A stretch of DNA of 63,859 nt, the filler included, from Octopus bimaculoides (Eukaryota): assembly GCF_001194135.2 (NCBI RefSeq). It is 6 parts of 6 records of this genome, joined end to end, with 100 filler letters (N's around TTAATTAATTAA, not from the genome) between each part and the next. Parts side by side here need not be neighbours in the genome. Positions count along the whole stretch, not along the records: positions 1 to 30,495 come from NC_068985.1; positions 30,596 to 39,031 come from NC_069002.1; 4 more parts are not named here. One strand, written 5' to 3'. Under the pieces are notes generated by a model. It was not told the DNA's origin. It saw nothing but the letters and a program-made list of their open reading frames with translations, and ran no database searches. The first letter of the stretch is position 1. Each line of letters begins with the position of its first letter. Shown here in pieces: positions 21,997-34,042 of the stretch. The translations under genes and the position numbers were made by a program.

Positions 21997-24900
21997 TTAT
22001 AACACCTTGTTGTAAACAATATTCCTTGTTTTTCCTTGTGGAGCATATGCAAATAGGTTTGTTTTGCTTCCCACTCTTCAGCAACCAACATACAGTTGTC
22101 CATGTGAGAAGCAGGGCTCTTCCAAGAGAAGACCAGCCACAGAGAGGGTATGACCCTGAGATTTGTTAATGGACATGGCGAAAATGACACGAAGGGGGAA
22201 TTGCAGTCTTCTGAATGTAAAAGGAATGTCTGCTCCTGATGGAGTAAGAAGAATTCTTGGAATAAAGAGGTCATCACCTTTTCCACATCCAGAAAGAATG
22301 ATAGCCTCGATAACGTGTGACATCATCTTCTTTATCACAAGTCGTGTTCCATTGCAAAATCTTAGTGGTTCCAGATTGCGGAGAAGCATAACAGGCGTTC
22401 CAACTTTAAGTGATAATATGTGGGGAGGTAGACCAGGAGGCTCCAATGAATTGAGAAATTCAGGAGGATAGTTCACCACTTCATTTGTATCTGGAACTGT
22501 ATCAACAGACTTGTAAGTTTGAAGATTGCCGGGAAGAGAATGCATCAGCTGTTGATTAATTTTTGTAACAACTACGGTTTTTGGAGCTAATATTGCTCTT
22601 TCACACAGCCAATTGTGATTTAGGTAGTTTTCTTTGAAGTTGGGAAAGACTTTGTGCTTGAGGTCATCTACAGAATTAACAACAGAGCAAAATGGCCATA
22701 CTTCCATTTCTCCTGCAGCGTCGAGAGGCACCTTGCCATCACCAATTGTCAAAATGTCCTGTGCAAACTTTTTGGACATTTGGTCACCATGTAGCTGAGC
22801 TCTCATGTTAGTGTTAAGACTGAGGATGGTAACATGATGCCACAGGGTAGAGGACTTTAGGCATGCTTGGACCTCATCTGCTCCAGTGCCTTTCGGAATG
22901 ACAGGAAGAGTTTGCCTGAAATCACCTGACAACAGAAGCGTAACACCTCCCATTGGAGCATGACAGTCTCGGATGTCTTTCAGGGCTCTATCTAATGCTT
23001 CCAAAGCTGTCTTGTGAGCCATGGTGCATTCATCCCAGACAATTAGATGACAATTTTGAAGTACCTGCCCCTGATCTGACATGAAGGCATGTCGGATGCT
23101 GCTAAATTGAGAGGGAGTTTGAAAGTCGAGTGTGCTGTCCTGCCACCGGGTAACAAAGTAGCTGAAATCCCAGAGGAAGCCACAGCTACTACAATGTCCT
23201 TATGCTGCCTAACTTCTGCAAGGAGAAGCTTTGTTATACATGTTTTCCCTGTCCCTCCAGGAGCATCAAGGAAGAAGATTCGTCCCTCACGTTGGCTTAC
23301 ACTGTTAATAATAATTGTGTAGGCCTGCAGCTGGTCTGGAAGTAATTTATGCTCGTTTTCAGCAATGTACTTTGAAAGCGCTTGAGTGTTGTAAGATGCT
23401 TCACAAATGACAACAGTGGGAAGGCTATTTGACCCTGACCTGAATGTTTGTGGCAGGCCACATGTGGACAATTCATTTCCACGAAGTGTAGCAATTCTGT
23501 CTTCAATGTCAATGAGAGTTTTGTTGTAGACTTCCTTGCTGATATCCTCCATGTCAGGATAGAGCCGTTGAGCTTGCCACTTAAAGTCTTCAGCCAGGTT
23601 GTCCCTGTACTTGAGCCATAAAGTTGCAGGATCACACAGTTCGCATGTCTGTAGTAATACTGCAAATAGTGCCCTGAGACTTTTAGGTGATTGTGATAAA
23701 GCAGCCTCTCCCAAAGTTGCATCCCATTGTGCACCATCTTCTAACAGTCCTTGTCGATAGCAGGCTTCTCTGTATGTTGTGCAGACATATCCATGAACGG
23801 TTTTTAGGGCCTGGAAACACGTGGGGCTTCTGACCTCATGCAGTAGTAGGCGGAGGTAGAAGCACTCTCGTTGAGTGGGATGTGTCAAAGTTAACGATGG
23901 CAAGTGTCAAACTTAATGCCAAGGTATCCATGAATATTTTGACCTGCTTTCCTTGGGGTCCATTTTTTTCCATTCCAAGTGTAGTACAATGGAATCTGTG
24001 GATACAGTAAGGTTTGAGCGAATGGATCAACTTGACAGAGCTTGAAGAATGCCCATGAGTGTGCTATCCCTTGGTTGCTCTGCCAACAGAGAAGCATTAG
24101 CATTAGTGAAGTACACTCTTTGACCGTTTTCCAAGTTCACTGCGAACTGTTGAACGGCGGGGTGTCGTTGGTGAACTGGAAAGCCAAAGATGCGCCAGAA
24201 AGCCTTGTTGCTACTTATGTAGCGTCCCACCTGATAGTGCATCACCTCATCCTGGCAGTATTCTTGTTGAAGTGCAAACATTGCAGCGTCAGAACCCTTG
24301 TTCACATATTTGCAAACATGCTTGATGGACTTAACGGAGTTGCAAAGCTCAACGTTAATGTGAGTATTGAAAATCTTTGACAGGAGTGGGCAGTAGGGAA
24401 CTGCCGTCTTCTGGTTTTCTCCGTCTGTATGATGGATACCTATCAGCACCTGTCTGAGTTTGTTGTAGGAACTTCCTTGGAAACTTTTTTGAACATACGC
24501 TGTCTTTCAAACATGGTGAGTTAATGTTGAATCCATGCCCACATGGACTATGCACGATGTTTGCTTTAAGTATGTTGTATAGTACTTTGTCTAAAGCAGG
24601 ATCAGGAAGTTCTGCAGAGATTATGTTGTCGATGTCAGTTGATTTGATCTTCGTTGAGAGCCAAAGCAGGATATGAGCATGTGGAAGGCCCCTTTTTTGC
24701 CATTCGATTGTGTGCAGGTCACATTGTATGGGTCCGAAGATTTGCCCTTTTTTTATGAGCTCTATGAGAGTAATTAACTTCAGATGGAAAACTCGGGCAA
24801 GGAGGTCATGCCTGTCTTTAGGCTTTTGACCAAAGAAGAGTTCGGCCTGAATCTCCTTCCACTTGGGATTGCATGTGAAAGTGATGAATAAGTCAGGCCT

Positions 24901-26536
24901 GCCGTAATGGCGGACAAAGGTCATTGCATCCTGTGTTCTTTCATGCATATATCAGGGACTTCCAGTGAATGTGGAAGGCAAGATGCAAAGTCTTCCTATG
25001 CTTGTTGGAGCAGCATCATTGTTGATGGCATCTCGGAGATGGATGTGGCTGTCAGAGCGCAATTTTTGTTGATGTGATCTGATGAAACAAAATCTCTCTG
25101 ATTCCATTTTTGTGCACATATCAACTGCAAATTGATGAAACAGATCTCGAGACTGGCGGAGGTGTTTACAGGAGCTGTTTCGTGTCATAAATCGGTATGA
25201 GTAGAAGCCCATGCAGGATACTGGCTTGTTGAGATATTCATTACAATTTTGTGGATGTTGCTGTGGTATACCGATGTGGTAGCCATCCTCACCGTAAACA
25301 AACAGAAGTGGATACTGAAGTGTATCGTATGATCGATGTGTTTCTGTAATTCGTTGGAGGGTGGTGTCACGTCACCTAAGGACAATGTCTGGGATTGTGC
25401 TGTTCACCGTGAAGGAGTACAGCTATTTCATTGCATGTGGGTGCGTTGTAACGGCCTGCATGTTCTGTAGATGGTCTTTTCTGAGCATCTATGATAACAT
25501 TGAAATTAGAAGAAGCTTCTGTTTCCAAGGCATACTTGAAGCTGCGTACGTAGCTGTTTGTCTAGTAGAGAAGGTCTTGTAGTTGCATTATCAATTGAAA
25601 TTTAGTGCCATTGGAAATGTACAAAGTACAGTTGAAGGAATTGAGGATCTTTATTTTCAGTAGGTTCGAGCGATCCTATCCTATGGTAAACCTGTCCCTG
25701 CACTTTGAAAATTGGCATAAACCCACCTTCTTGAACAACATTAGCGCCGAAAGATGTCATTTGGAATGCACAGTTGTACTTGCGGATGTTATTTAGGAAA
25801 TGTTTCGACTCTGTATTTGTGCCAGCGTAGAGTGACTTTAACAGCTGTGGTGGATCCTGCAGCGGAGTGGTGTTAACTTTTCCATTAGCGCAACACATAG
25901 CAGGAGTTTCTCTGGACCACTTATTAGCATTGCAGAAAGAGCAAGTGATGGACATATCTCCAATGTTTATATCTGGGTGGCAATCATAATGAAGGTTAGG
26001 GTTGTAGCTGAAAGCCTTTAATAACCACTGTGAGCTGCATGGCGTTGAAAATCCTCACCTAAGAGGTCTTTGTTGAATGGAAGTCTGCAGCATAGAATAT
26101 CTCTGTTGTAATGTGTGGGAAGATCGCACAGCAGCCATGTTGGCAGCATTCCTGAGCAGGCGCGCAGCGCGTTCGTTTATCTTCTCTGCAGCTCGTGCAG
26201 CAGCAGTTGAGGCAGCATCAGCACTTCGGCGAATTTGATGCTGGTGTTGAGTCTCTGCAGCTCATGCAGCAGCAGTTGAGGCAGATCAGCACATCGTTGA
26301 ACTTTATGGTGGTGTTAAGCTTCTGCAGCTCGTGCAGCAGCAGTTGAGGCAGCATCAGCAGTTCGTCGAAGTGTACGCTGGTGATCTATTTGGAGTGCTC
26401 TTGAAGTGGCTGTACGTTCAGCATTTTGTGATCGTCTAAAATCAGTTTCCAATGACGATTCATTTGCCCTTCTTGCTGATGATGTTGCAGCTTTCGCAGT
26501 TTTGCGTCCAATTGAAGAAGTCTTTCTTCGGGGCAT
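21997..26536 (-). pseudogene. Helitron RepHel (HUH Rep plus PIF1 helicase) coding region, many stops and frameshifts
   Basis: In order: MPRRKTSSIGRK start; CSFCNANKW..E..AMCCANG; PDLFITFTCNPKW; EWQKRGLPHAHILLW (HUH); SIKHVCKYVNKG; LDAPGGTGKT (Walker A); VASSGI; WDECTM; GDFRQTLPV; FCNGTRL; QFPLRVIFAMSINKSQGHTL; FSHGQLYVGC*RVG. TAA at 21999-21997. Confidence 0.96.
26160..26480 (-). repeat. 69-bp coding tandem repeat (23-aa STPR-like units) in the RepHel N-terminus
   Basis: CTGCAGCTC(G/A)TGCAGCAGCAGTTGAGGCAG recurs at 26186, 26255 and 26323 (periods 69 and 68). Unit ETQHQHQIRRSADAASTAAARAA; two more degenerate units upstream. Confidence 0.85.
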
Positions 26537-27039
26537 GATCTAAAATAAGCATGATGAAATGCAGTGAGATACACTGTGAAGTATGAAATATTAATTGAAT
26601 GGTTATTATGTAAGTGTAGATAATTTGCAAACTTGCAACTGCTGTGGTAATAATGAAGTGGTATTAGAACGGTAAATGTGTCCACTAACATGATGTTAGT
26701 GTTATGACATGAAAATGGCAATAGTTGTGAAAGGCACGGCGAGAGAAATGGTAATAGGAAAGGAGAAAGTGGTAATGAAACGTGTTGGGAAAGTTATCGT
26801 TTGTGTGGACATGAATTTTGGGTGTTGTTTGTCAATGCCTGCCTGGTCTGCCGTATAGATTGGATAAGGAAAGGGTTAATGAAAGAGCAATTGGATGAAT
26901 TGATTAGGTTTGTTTAGTTGTGCTGGTGGTGTCGAAGCTGCCGTTGATACCTGCATGTGAGTGTAGGAATGGTTATAGGTAAGTTAGTCGGTGTGCAGGT
27001 CCACATGAAGGAAGAAGGAAAAAAATATCATTAAATTTG

Positions 27040-28480
27040 TATGTGTGCAGTGGTAAGCATTTCAGTAAGAAGTGAAAGAAGTGGGAGTGTTATCGCTCTG
27101 TATGAAGTACCCTGTTAGCCTATTGTTAATGAAAGAAATGGAAAAGAATAGGAAATGTAAGAAATGAAGTGAATAAATGTAAAAGATTGCTCGGCGCCTG
27201 CATTAGGGAAGAAGTATGGAATTAGTTGGAAAGAAATGAAAATATGGAAAGTAGGGGTCGTGACAGGGAATAGAAAAAGGAAGGTATTATTGTAGCATAA
27301 TTTGAATGTCCATGATGGAAGACATATAAATGGGCTGGAAAAGAAAGAAAGAGAATAGTTGGGAGTTGATATGCAGGTGTAGTTTGAGACATTAACGGAA
27401 TTGTTTTGTATTTGTAAGACATCGTGCTACCACTGAACAGCTATTTGTGAGAAGCCGTTACATGGTGGCACGCGTATCAGTAAGGAGTGGAGAAAGTGGG
27501 ATTGTTTTCGGTCGTTATCAAGTACCCTGTTCCCCTATTGTAAATAAAAGAAATTGAAACGAGATGAAAATGTAAGAAATTGAGTGAAGCAATGCAAAAG
27601 ATTGCTCGGCGTCCGCATTAGGGAAGAAGTATGGAATAAACGTGAAAGAAGTGAAAATGTAAAAATTAGGATGAGGGAGATGAAACTGAGAAGGAAAGGT
27701 ATTATCTGTGCATAATTTGAATGTCCGTGATGGTAAACATATGAATCAGCTGGAAAAGAAATGAAGGAAATTGTTTTGAGTTGATATGCAGGTATACTTG
27801 TAGACAGTAACCGAATTGGTTGTTATTTGTAAGATGTTGTGCTACCACTGAACAGGTACGTGCGAGAAGCCATTACGTGTTACGAACACGTACTAGAAAT
27901 AGCAGTGAAATATTTCATATTTCGTTAGTGAAATGAGTTTAGGAATGATTGTAGGTAAGTTATTAGGTCTGCAGGGCCGCATTATTGAAGAAGGCGGAAA
28001 GGAAGTCTGTAAGATGTAATGCGTGCACTGGCACGCGTTCATTAAGGAGAAGTGTAGAAAGTGTGAGTGTTTGCACTCGTTATCAAGTACCATGTTCCCC
28101 TATTGTTGTGGAAAGAAATTGAAAAGTGATGAAAATGTATAAAATAGAGTGAAGTAAAGCAAAAGTTTGCTCAGCACCTGCATTACGGAAAATTATGGAA
28201 TTAATTTGAAAGAAGTGAAAAGGTAAAAATCAGGAGTATGGACACTGAATTGAAAAGGAACGGTATTATTGTATCAGAATTGGAAAGTCCACGATGGAAA
28301 ACATATGAATGCTGTGGAAAAGAAAGAAAGAAAATTGTTGGGAGTTGATATGCAGGTGGATTTGTAGACATGAACAGATTTTGTTTGTATTTGTAAGCCG
28401 TGGTGGTAGCAGAGAACAGGTATTTACGAAAAGGCGTTACGTGGTAGCAACGCGTGTTAGAAATAGCAGTGAAATGTGAA
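27040..28480. repeat. Three diverged copies of a unit of about 415 bp in the Helitron 5' region
   Basis: AAG(A/T)TTGCTC(G/A)GC...GCATTA at about 27183, 27598 and 28163; AAGTACC(C/A)TGTT..CCTATTG at about 27105, 27520 and 28087; GATATGCAGGT at about 27368, 27783 and 28347. Confidence 0.88.
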
Positions 28481-28713
28481 ATATTGATGCAATTCAGAAA
28501 CGAAAAAGGTTATGTACCGAATTCAGCAGAATGAATGAATGTGCTTTAAGTTGGTCAGTATTGCTTTAATATAGCAATGTTGTGAAGTGAAGATGATAGA
28601 AATTGTAAGAGGAGAGGAGACAGTGATTATGAATTTTGTTCCCAATGCTATTTGTCTGGAAATGAATTCTGTTGTATATATAAGAAAGCAGCCAGCTAGA
28701 AGGATGAAGATAC

Positions 28714-29110
28714 CAGTGGTGCTATAGTGGTGTGGGGTCGTTTTAAGTCTCCGTATGCTAGGAAGGTTAGGGGTGAAGTGGTTGACAATATATTTCACTT
28801 GAGAAGGTAGTATCTGGTTAATATCTGTTACCATGTTCCATTGTCCTATAGTAGGAAGTAAGTTTTATTTCACTGTGGTGGTAAGGAAATGAGAATGAGA
28901 TGTAAGGGGACAATATTTTTGAGATAGCAGTGCTATAGTCGTGTGAGGTCATTAGAAGTGTGGGTAGGAAGGTTACAGTTGAAGTGGATGACAATATATT
29001 TCACTTGACAAGATAGCATGTGGTTAATGTCTGTTACCATCTTCCATTGTATGGTGCCTGTCATGGTACTTAAATGAGAATGAGATTTAAGGGGACAATG
29101 TTTTTGAGAT
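28714..29110. repeat. Tandem duplication of about 200 bp in the Helitron 5' region
   Basis: GTGCTATAGT..TG.GGTC, GACAATATATTTCACTTGA, CTGTTACCAT and AAATGAGAATGAGAT each occur twice about 200 bp apart. Confidence 0.85.
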
Positions 29111-30304
29111 TCAAGTTCGAATGTAAGGCAGGTCTGAAAGGGCTCCCAACAGTTATTTCGTAGCGGTGGTGGAGTGTTTATAAGGGGTGTGAAGTCCCCA
29201 TGAAGCGGTATTTGTAACTTCTAAGAAGATGAAATTTTAGAAATATTACTTTATTTGTGTGTATAGTTTTGGATAAAAAACAAATGACTAATGTGTGTGT
29301 TCGTGTGCATGTGTATGTGTGTGTATGGGTGTATATATGTATAGATATCTGTATGCATGTATATATATGTATATGTGTACATATTACATGTACATCTATA
29401 TATATATATACATCTACACGTGTATACATATACATGTATGCATATAGATGTATATCTATATACCTATACATATACGTGTACATATACATCTCTCTCTTTA
29501 TATATATATATATATATATNNNNNNNNNNNNNNNNNNNNNNNNNNNNNNNNNNNNNNNNNNNNNNNNNNNNNNNNNNNNNNNNNNNNNNNNNNNNNNNNN
29601 NNNNNNNNNNNNNNNNNNNNNNNNNNNNNNNNNNNNNNNNNNNNNNNNNNNNNNNNNNNNNNNNNNNNNNNNNNNNNNNNNNNNNNNNNNNNNNNNNNNN
29701 NNNNNNNNNNNNNNNNNNNNNNNNNNNNNNNNNNNNNNNNNNNNNNNNNNNNNNNNNNNNNNNNNNNNNNNNNNNNNNNNNNNNNNNNNNNNNNNNNNNN
29801 NNNNNNNNNNNNNNNNNNNNNNNNNNNNNNNNNNNNNNNNNNNNNNNNNNNNNNNNNNNNNNNNNNNNNNNNNNNNNNNNNNNNNNNNNNNNNNNNNNNN
29901 NNNAAATACTTCATAGCAAAATTCTCACCAAAACTGAATGGCTGAAACATGCAGATCACAACCCATCTAGGATCTCCAACTTTGGAACAACAGACCCTAA
30001 AAAAACGGCAAGAAACCCAGATAGTGGGACATTTTTGTACCAACAAGAATTGAACCCAGTTACCTAGGTTCTCATATTTCTCTCCTAACTTTTTTTTAAC
30101 TAACCAGCTGTATAGATATAATCACAATTCCTTCCTTCCCTTTTACACCCCTTTCAGACACACACACACACTCTCTCTACCACTGGACAATGATACCAAA
30201 GAATACCATGAACTTGTCACAGCAGGAACTGACCAACTGTAAACTGTAAACAGAATCTTCTTCTTCCCTCCCCTTCCCACCGACACACCTTTCAAATACA
30301 CAGG

Positions 30305-30335
<31 letters not shown>

Positions 30336-30495
30336 ACACACACGCACACATACACACACGCACACATACACACACGCACACATACACAAAAAAAACGCAC
30401 CCACACTCTCCTACTAGACAATGACACCAAAGATTCTTTTTGAAAAGCAACTTCTTCAAAACGATCACATCTGCTTTTGCCATTCCTTTAAAAGG

Positions 30496-30595
30496 NNNNN
30501 NNNNNNNNNNNNNNNNNNNNNNNNNNNNNNNNNNNNNNNTTAATTAATTAANNNNNNNNNNNNNNNNNNNNNNNNNNNNNNNNNNNNNNNNNNNN
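30496..30595. other. Assembly spacer N44-TTAATTAATTAA-N44 (unsized gap marker)
   Basis: An identical 100-bp construct occurs at 30496, 39032, 46531, 55342 and 61966. The 12-mer has stops in all six frames, so it is an artefact. Confidence 0.92.
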
Positions 30596-30641
<46 letters not shown>

Positions 30642-33600
30642 TATTGTTAATTGCAAACGAGTATGACCTGGTATCATGTACGAGGCTTTCGCTTATTGCG
30701 TGAGTGTGTATGTATGTGCATGTGTGTATATGTGCGTATATGGGTGTGTGTGTGTATACAATACATAAATACATATGTGTTTATATATCGCGATTAGAAA
30801 CCAGTTTCTGTTAGTTTCGAGTTCCCAAGTGTTTTTCAGTGTTCGTTATTATTTATAAAATCTGGTTTGTTTTGGTGAGATGCGCCCAGTGTTCATTATA
30901 TATTTATTACATTATGTATGTCCCTGGCTAAATCTACATCATACTGTAAGCCATATCGTGTATGTTTACATTCTCATAAATATATTCATGCGATTTTGTC
31001 GTGGAGAAAATTGTCGTGTAACGTTAGTCGCATATGTTTCGCACATATTTAGTCTTATGCCACGAGATATACTCTGTGTAACAAATCTCTGCTAGAGTTT
31101 CTTCCATAAATAGAAGCTTAACTGCAATAAAGATGGCTGAATCAATCATATCAAAAGTTGGTGCGGTAGTGTTGTTACTATCTCAGTCTGTCTTCATTCA
31201 TCAGACCTGTGATTAAATGCATTCCTACCATGACTGTCTCGTCCGCTTTTTCAGGAAGAGCGTGATTAGATTTACACTTTTTATTGTGGTCTTGTTTTGT
31301 AAGAATAAATAAATAAATAAATAAATAAATAAGAAATACGCCAAAGAAGATTTGCCTATTATTTCTAGCAGAATGAGTGAGCACAAACACTCTCCATGTT
31401 GTGCTTGTGATTAATGTTTATATTAATGAGAAGGATTGAGCAAAATCGGATCATCATGGGAATTGGGCTCGCACATCGTTGATTAGCAAAACATTTAGAC
31501 ACAGGCGGACGCTCTGCCATTCATTTTAAGTGACCCCGGTTTATACAGGGAAATATCGTTTAACCGAAATTCGAATACCCAACAAAATTCGAAATCTTTT
31601 TGAGAGAGAAACACGCTACAAATGTAAAATTCACGATGACGTTGAGGAAAATTTTCAAAAGCCTTTCTGATGAGATGTAGCAGTTATTGAGAAGACAACA
31701 TTTAATATACGATCGACTTGAAAAATCTTTTGTTTTGCTTTTTGTCAGAATTTAGCAATATCCAGTGTGTTGCAGTTACTCAGACCAGGTCTCCAATTTG
31801 AAGACACCCCATGAGTGATGGTCTCATTATTCCTCACATACCACCTCATACCCAACACTCTCTGATGCCCTAAGCACTGACTTTCTTCTTTGAATAAGTC
31901 ATACAAATACAGGAAATTCGAACTGTTTTCAGTGGCGGCTCGTGTATAGGAACTGCGGAAGTGCAGTACCCTCTATTTCCACTCAATATTATCGATAACA
32001 TTCAATATAATGAGTCCTTTTTTCTTTAATTCTTTCTTTATACTTGTGCATTACATAATCCTTAAGCTTAATGTCAGTAGCCATTCCCTAGTTTATGAAT
32101 AAAATACGAAAACCTTTGTATAGAACTTTGCACTTCACAGTTCCAGCGACGCGGTATTTGGCTGTTGGGCGTATGCTCACATGTCCGAGATAGGAAGCTT
32201 CACACTAGGAAGAGAGAGCACTGCGTGAATGACAGTGCCGGGTGAAAGGTAGTGTTTCTTTTTGACTCTGCGAGTGTTTGCTTANNNNNNNNNNNNNNNN
32301 NNNNNNNNNNNNNNNNNNNNNNNNNNNNNNNNNNNNNNNNNNNNNNNNNNNNNNNNNNNNNNNNNNNNNNNNNNNNNNNNNNNNNNNNNNNNNNNNNNNN
32401 NNNNNNNNNNNNNNNNNNNNNNNNNNNNNNNNNNNNNNNNNNNNNNNNNNNNNNNNNNNNNNNNNNNNNNNNNNNNNNNNNNNNNNNNNNNNNNNNNNNN
32501 NNNNNNNNNNNNNNNNNNNNNNNNNNNNNNNNNNNNNNNNNNNNNNNNNNNNNNNNNNNNNNNNNNNNNNNNNAATATGTTTTTTTCTTTTTACACAATA
32601 TTAAATTGACGGCTAAACATTTTCTGAAGCAGCACCCTCACTAATTTTATCTACGAGCCGTAACTGACTGTTTTAGTAAAGAAGTCTTTCAAACATGGAA
32701 TTGAAACCGCCTCGCGTTACGTACCTTATAATGACCATATAAGGAATTGGGAAAACAACAGAAGCTTTCTCTAGTGAAAATATCGCTGTATCTGTCAGTA
32801 ATCTCGAGATTTCTAACATCACATTCTGTTTTCTCTATCTTTTGATCTGAACACCATGGCAACCGGCAGCTTCAACTCTTTTGTTTCTCATTAGTTCAAT
32901 CACCGATAAAGGAAATGAAAGAGCAGCGTTCACTTACAGAAACGCATGCACGTGCGCGCGCACACACACAGAGACACACAGGCAGATATACATACGCCCC
33001 CTCGTAATCACATATATATGCCCACACACACACACACGCACATGAAACACACGCATAGACTTATTAATAAGTAATCAGGAAATTTTAAAACTGTTTTATA
33101 ATAAAATAGAAATACTTACCCTGCACTGAGCACTCTTTTCTTCCATCTCGGCAAATATAATTATATACATTTCATATATAGATTTTGTAGATATTCAGTT
33201 AGTTAGATAGATAGATAAATAGATAGATAGATAAATAGATAGATAGATAGATGGATAGATGGATGGATAGATGTGTGTGCATATGTGTGTGTGATGCGTG
33301 AGAGATAGATAGTGAAAGAGGAGGAGAGAGAGAGAAATAATTTACCTGACATAAATACTCCTGATTCCTTGCTGTGTTACTATCTTTCAGAAGAAATCGT
33401 TGCCATGTCTCAAGCATCTATATTTCAGCATTGTATCTCGTTTAACGAGGACTCTGCCATTGAAGGCTCTATTCACTTCCAGCTGCCCTGAGCCACCAAC
33501 ATTTATAGTCTATTCATCGCAGCCACATTTAGGAATTCACAACCCACGTTTCAAGTGAAGTTAACCGCGCAATGAAGATTTGCAGTGATTTAGAAATGGA

Positions 33601-33973
33601 GAGAACGACAACCAAAACTGCAGACCACAGCCTCTCCATGAGTTTGGACTTACCCATTACGCTTCGGTGAACCATTACTTCTTCGAGATCACTTTACCCA
33701 GTCACTTTGGAACTACAAAACTGAGCGACTTAGCTCAGAAATCCTGTTAAAATGGAACCTGCCACCCGATGCAAAGATTTCAATTTTTTTCCTACTCCTT
33801 TCCTCCACATTGTCTGAAAGCGATTTCTTATATGTATAATACAAATAAAGATACATACAAATATTTCTCTCAATCTCATTATTTATATGTATATATNNNN
33901 NNNNNNNNNNNNNNNNNNNNNNNNNNNNNNNNNNNNNNNNNNNNNNNNNNNNNNNNNNNNNNNNNNNNNNNNN

Positions 33974-34042
<69 letters not shown>

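Larger units (their letters stand above)
21930..29250 (-). mobile_element. Autonomous-type Helitron (RepHel plus long 5' region); exact termini uncertain
   Basis: RepHel pseudogene plus about 2.7 kb of upstream purine-biased non-coding DNA with tandem arrays. A TATATATAAAGAGAG motif resembling the 5' end of the small Helitron abuts the gap at 29519 and may be the true start. No CTAG follows the ORF before the (TA)n at 21925. Confidence 0.75.

Noticed and set aside
27040-28480. Regular repeats considered as a CRISPR-like array
   Set aside because: Long whole-unit tandem repeats without unique spacers, eukaryotic context, no cas genes.
30540-30551. TTAATTAATTAA palindrome repeated five times in the window
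   Set aside because: Always centred in an exact N44/N44 100-bp spacer; it is an assembler gap marker, not a biological motif.
31929-31975. CAGTGGCGGCTCGTG, a possible DNA transposon terminus
   Set aside because: No partner end or TSD is visible before the gap at 32285.
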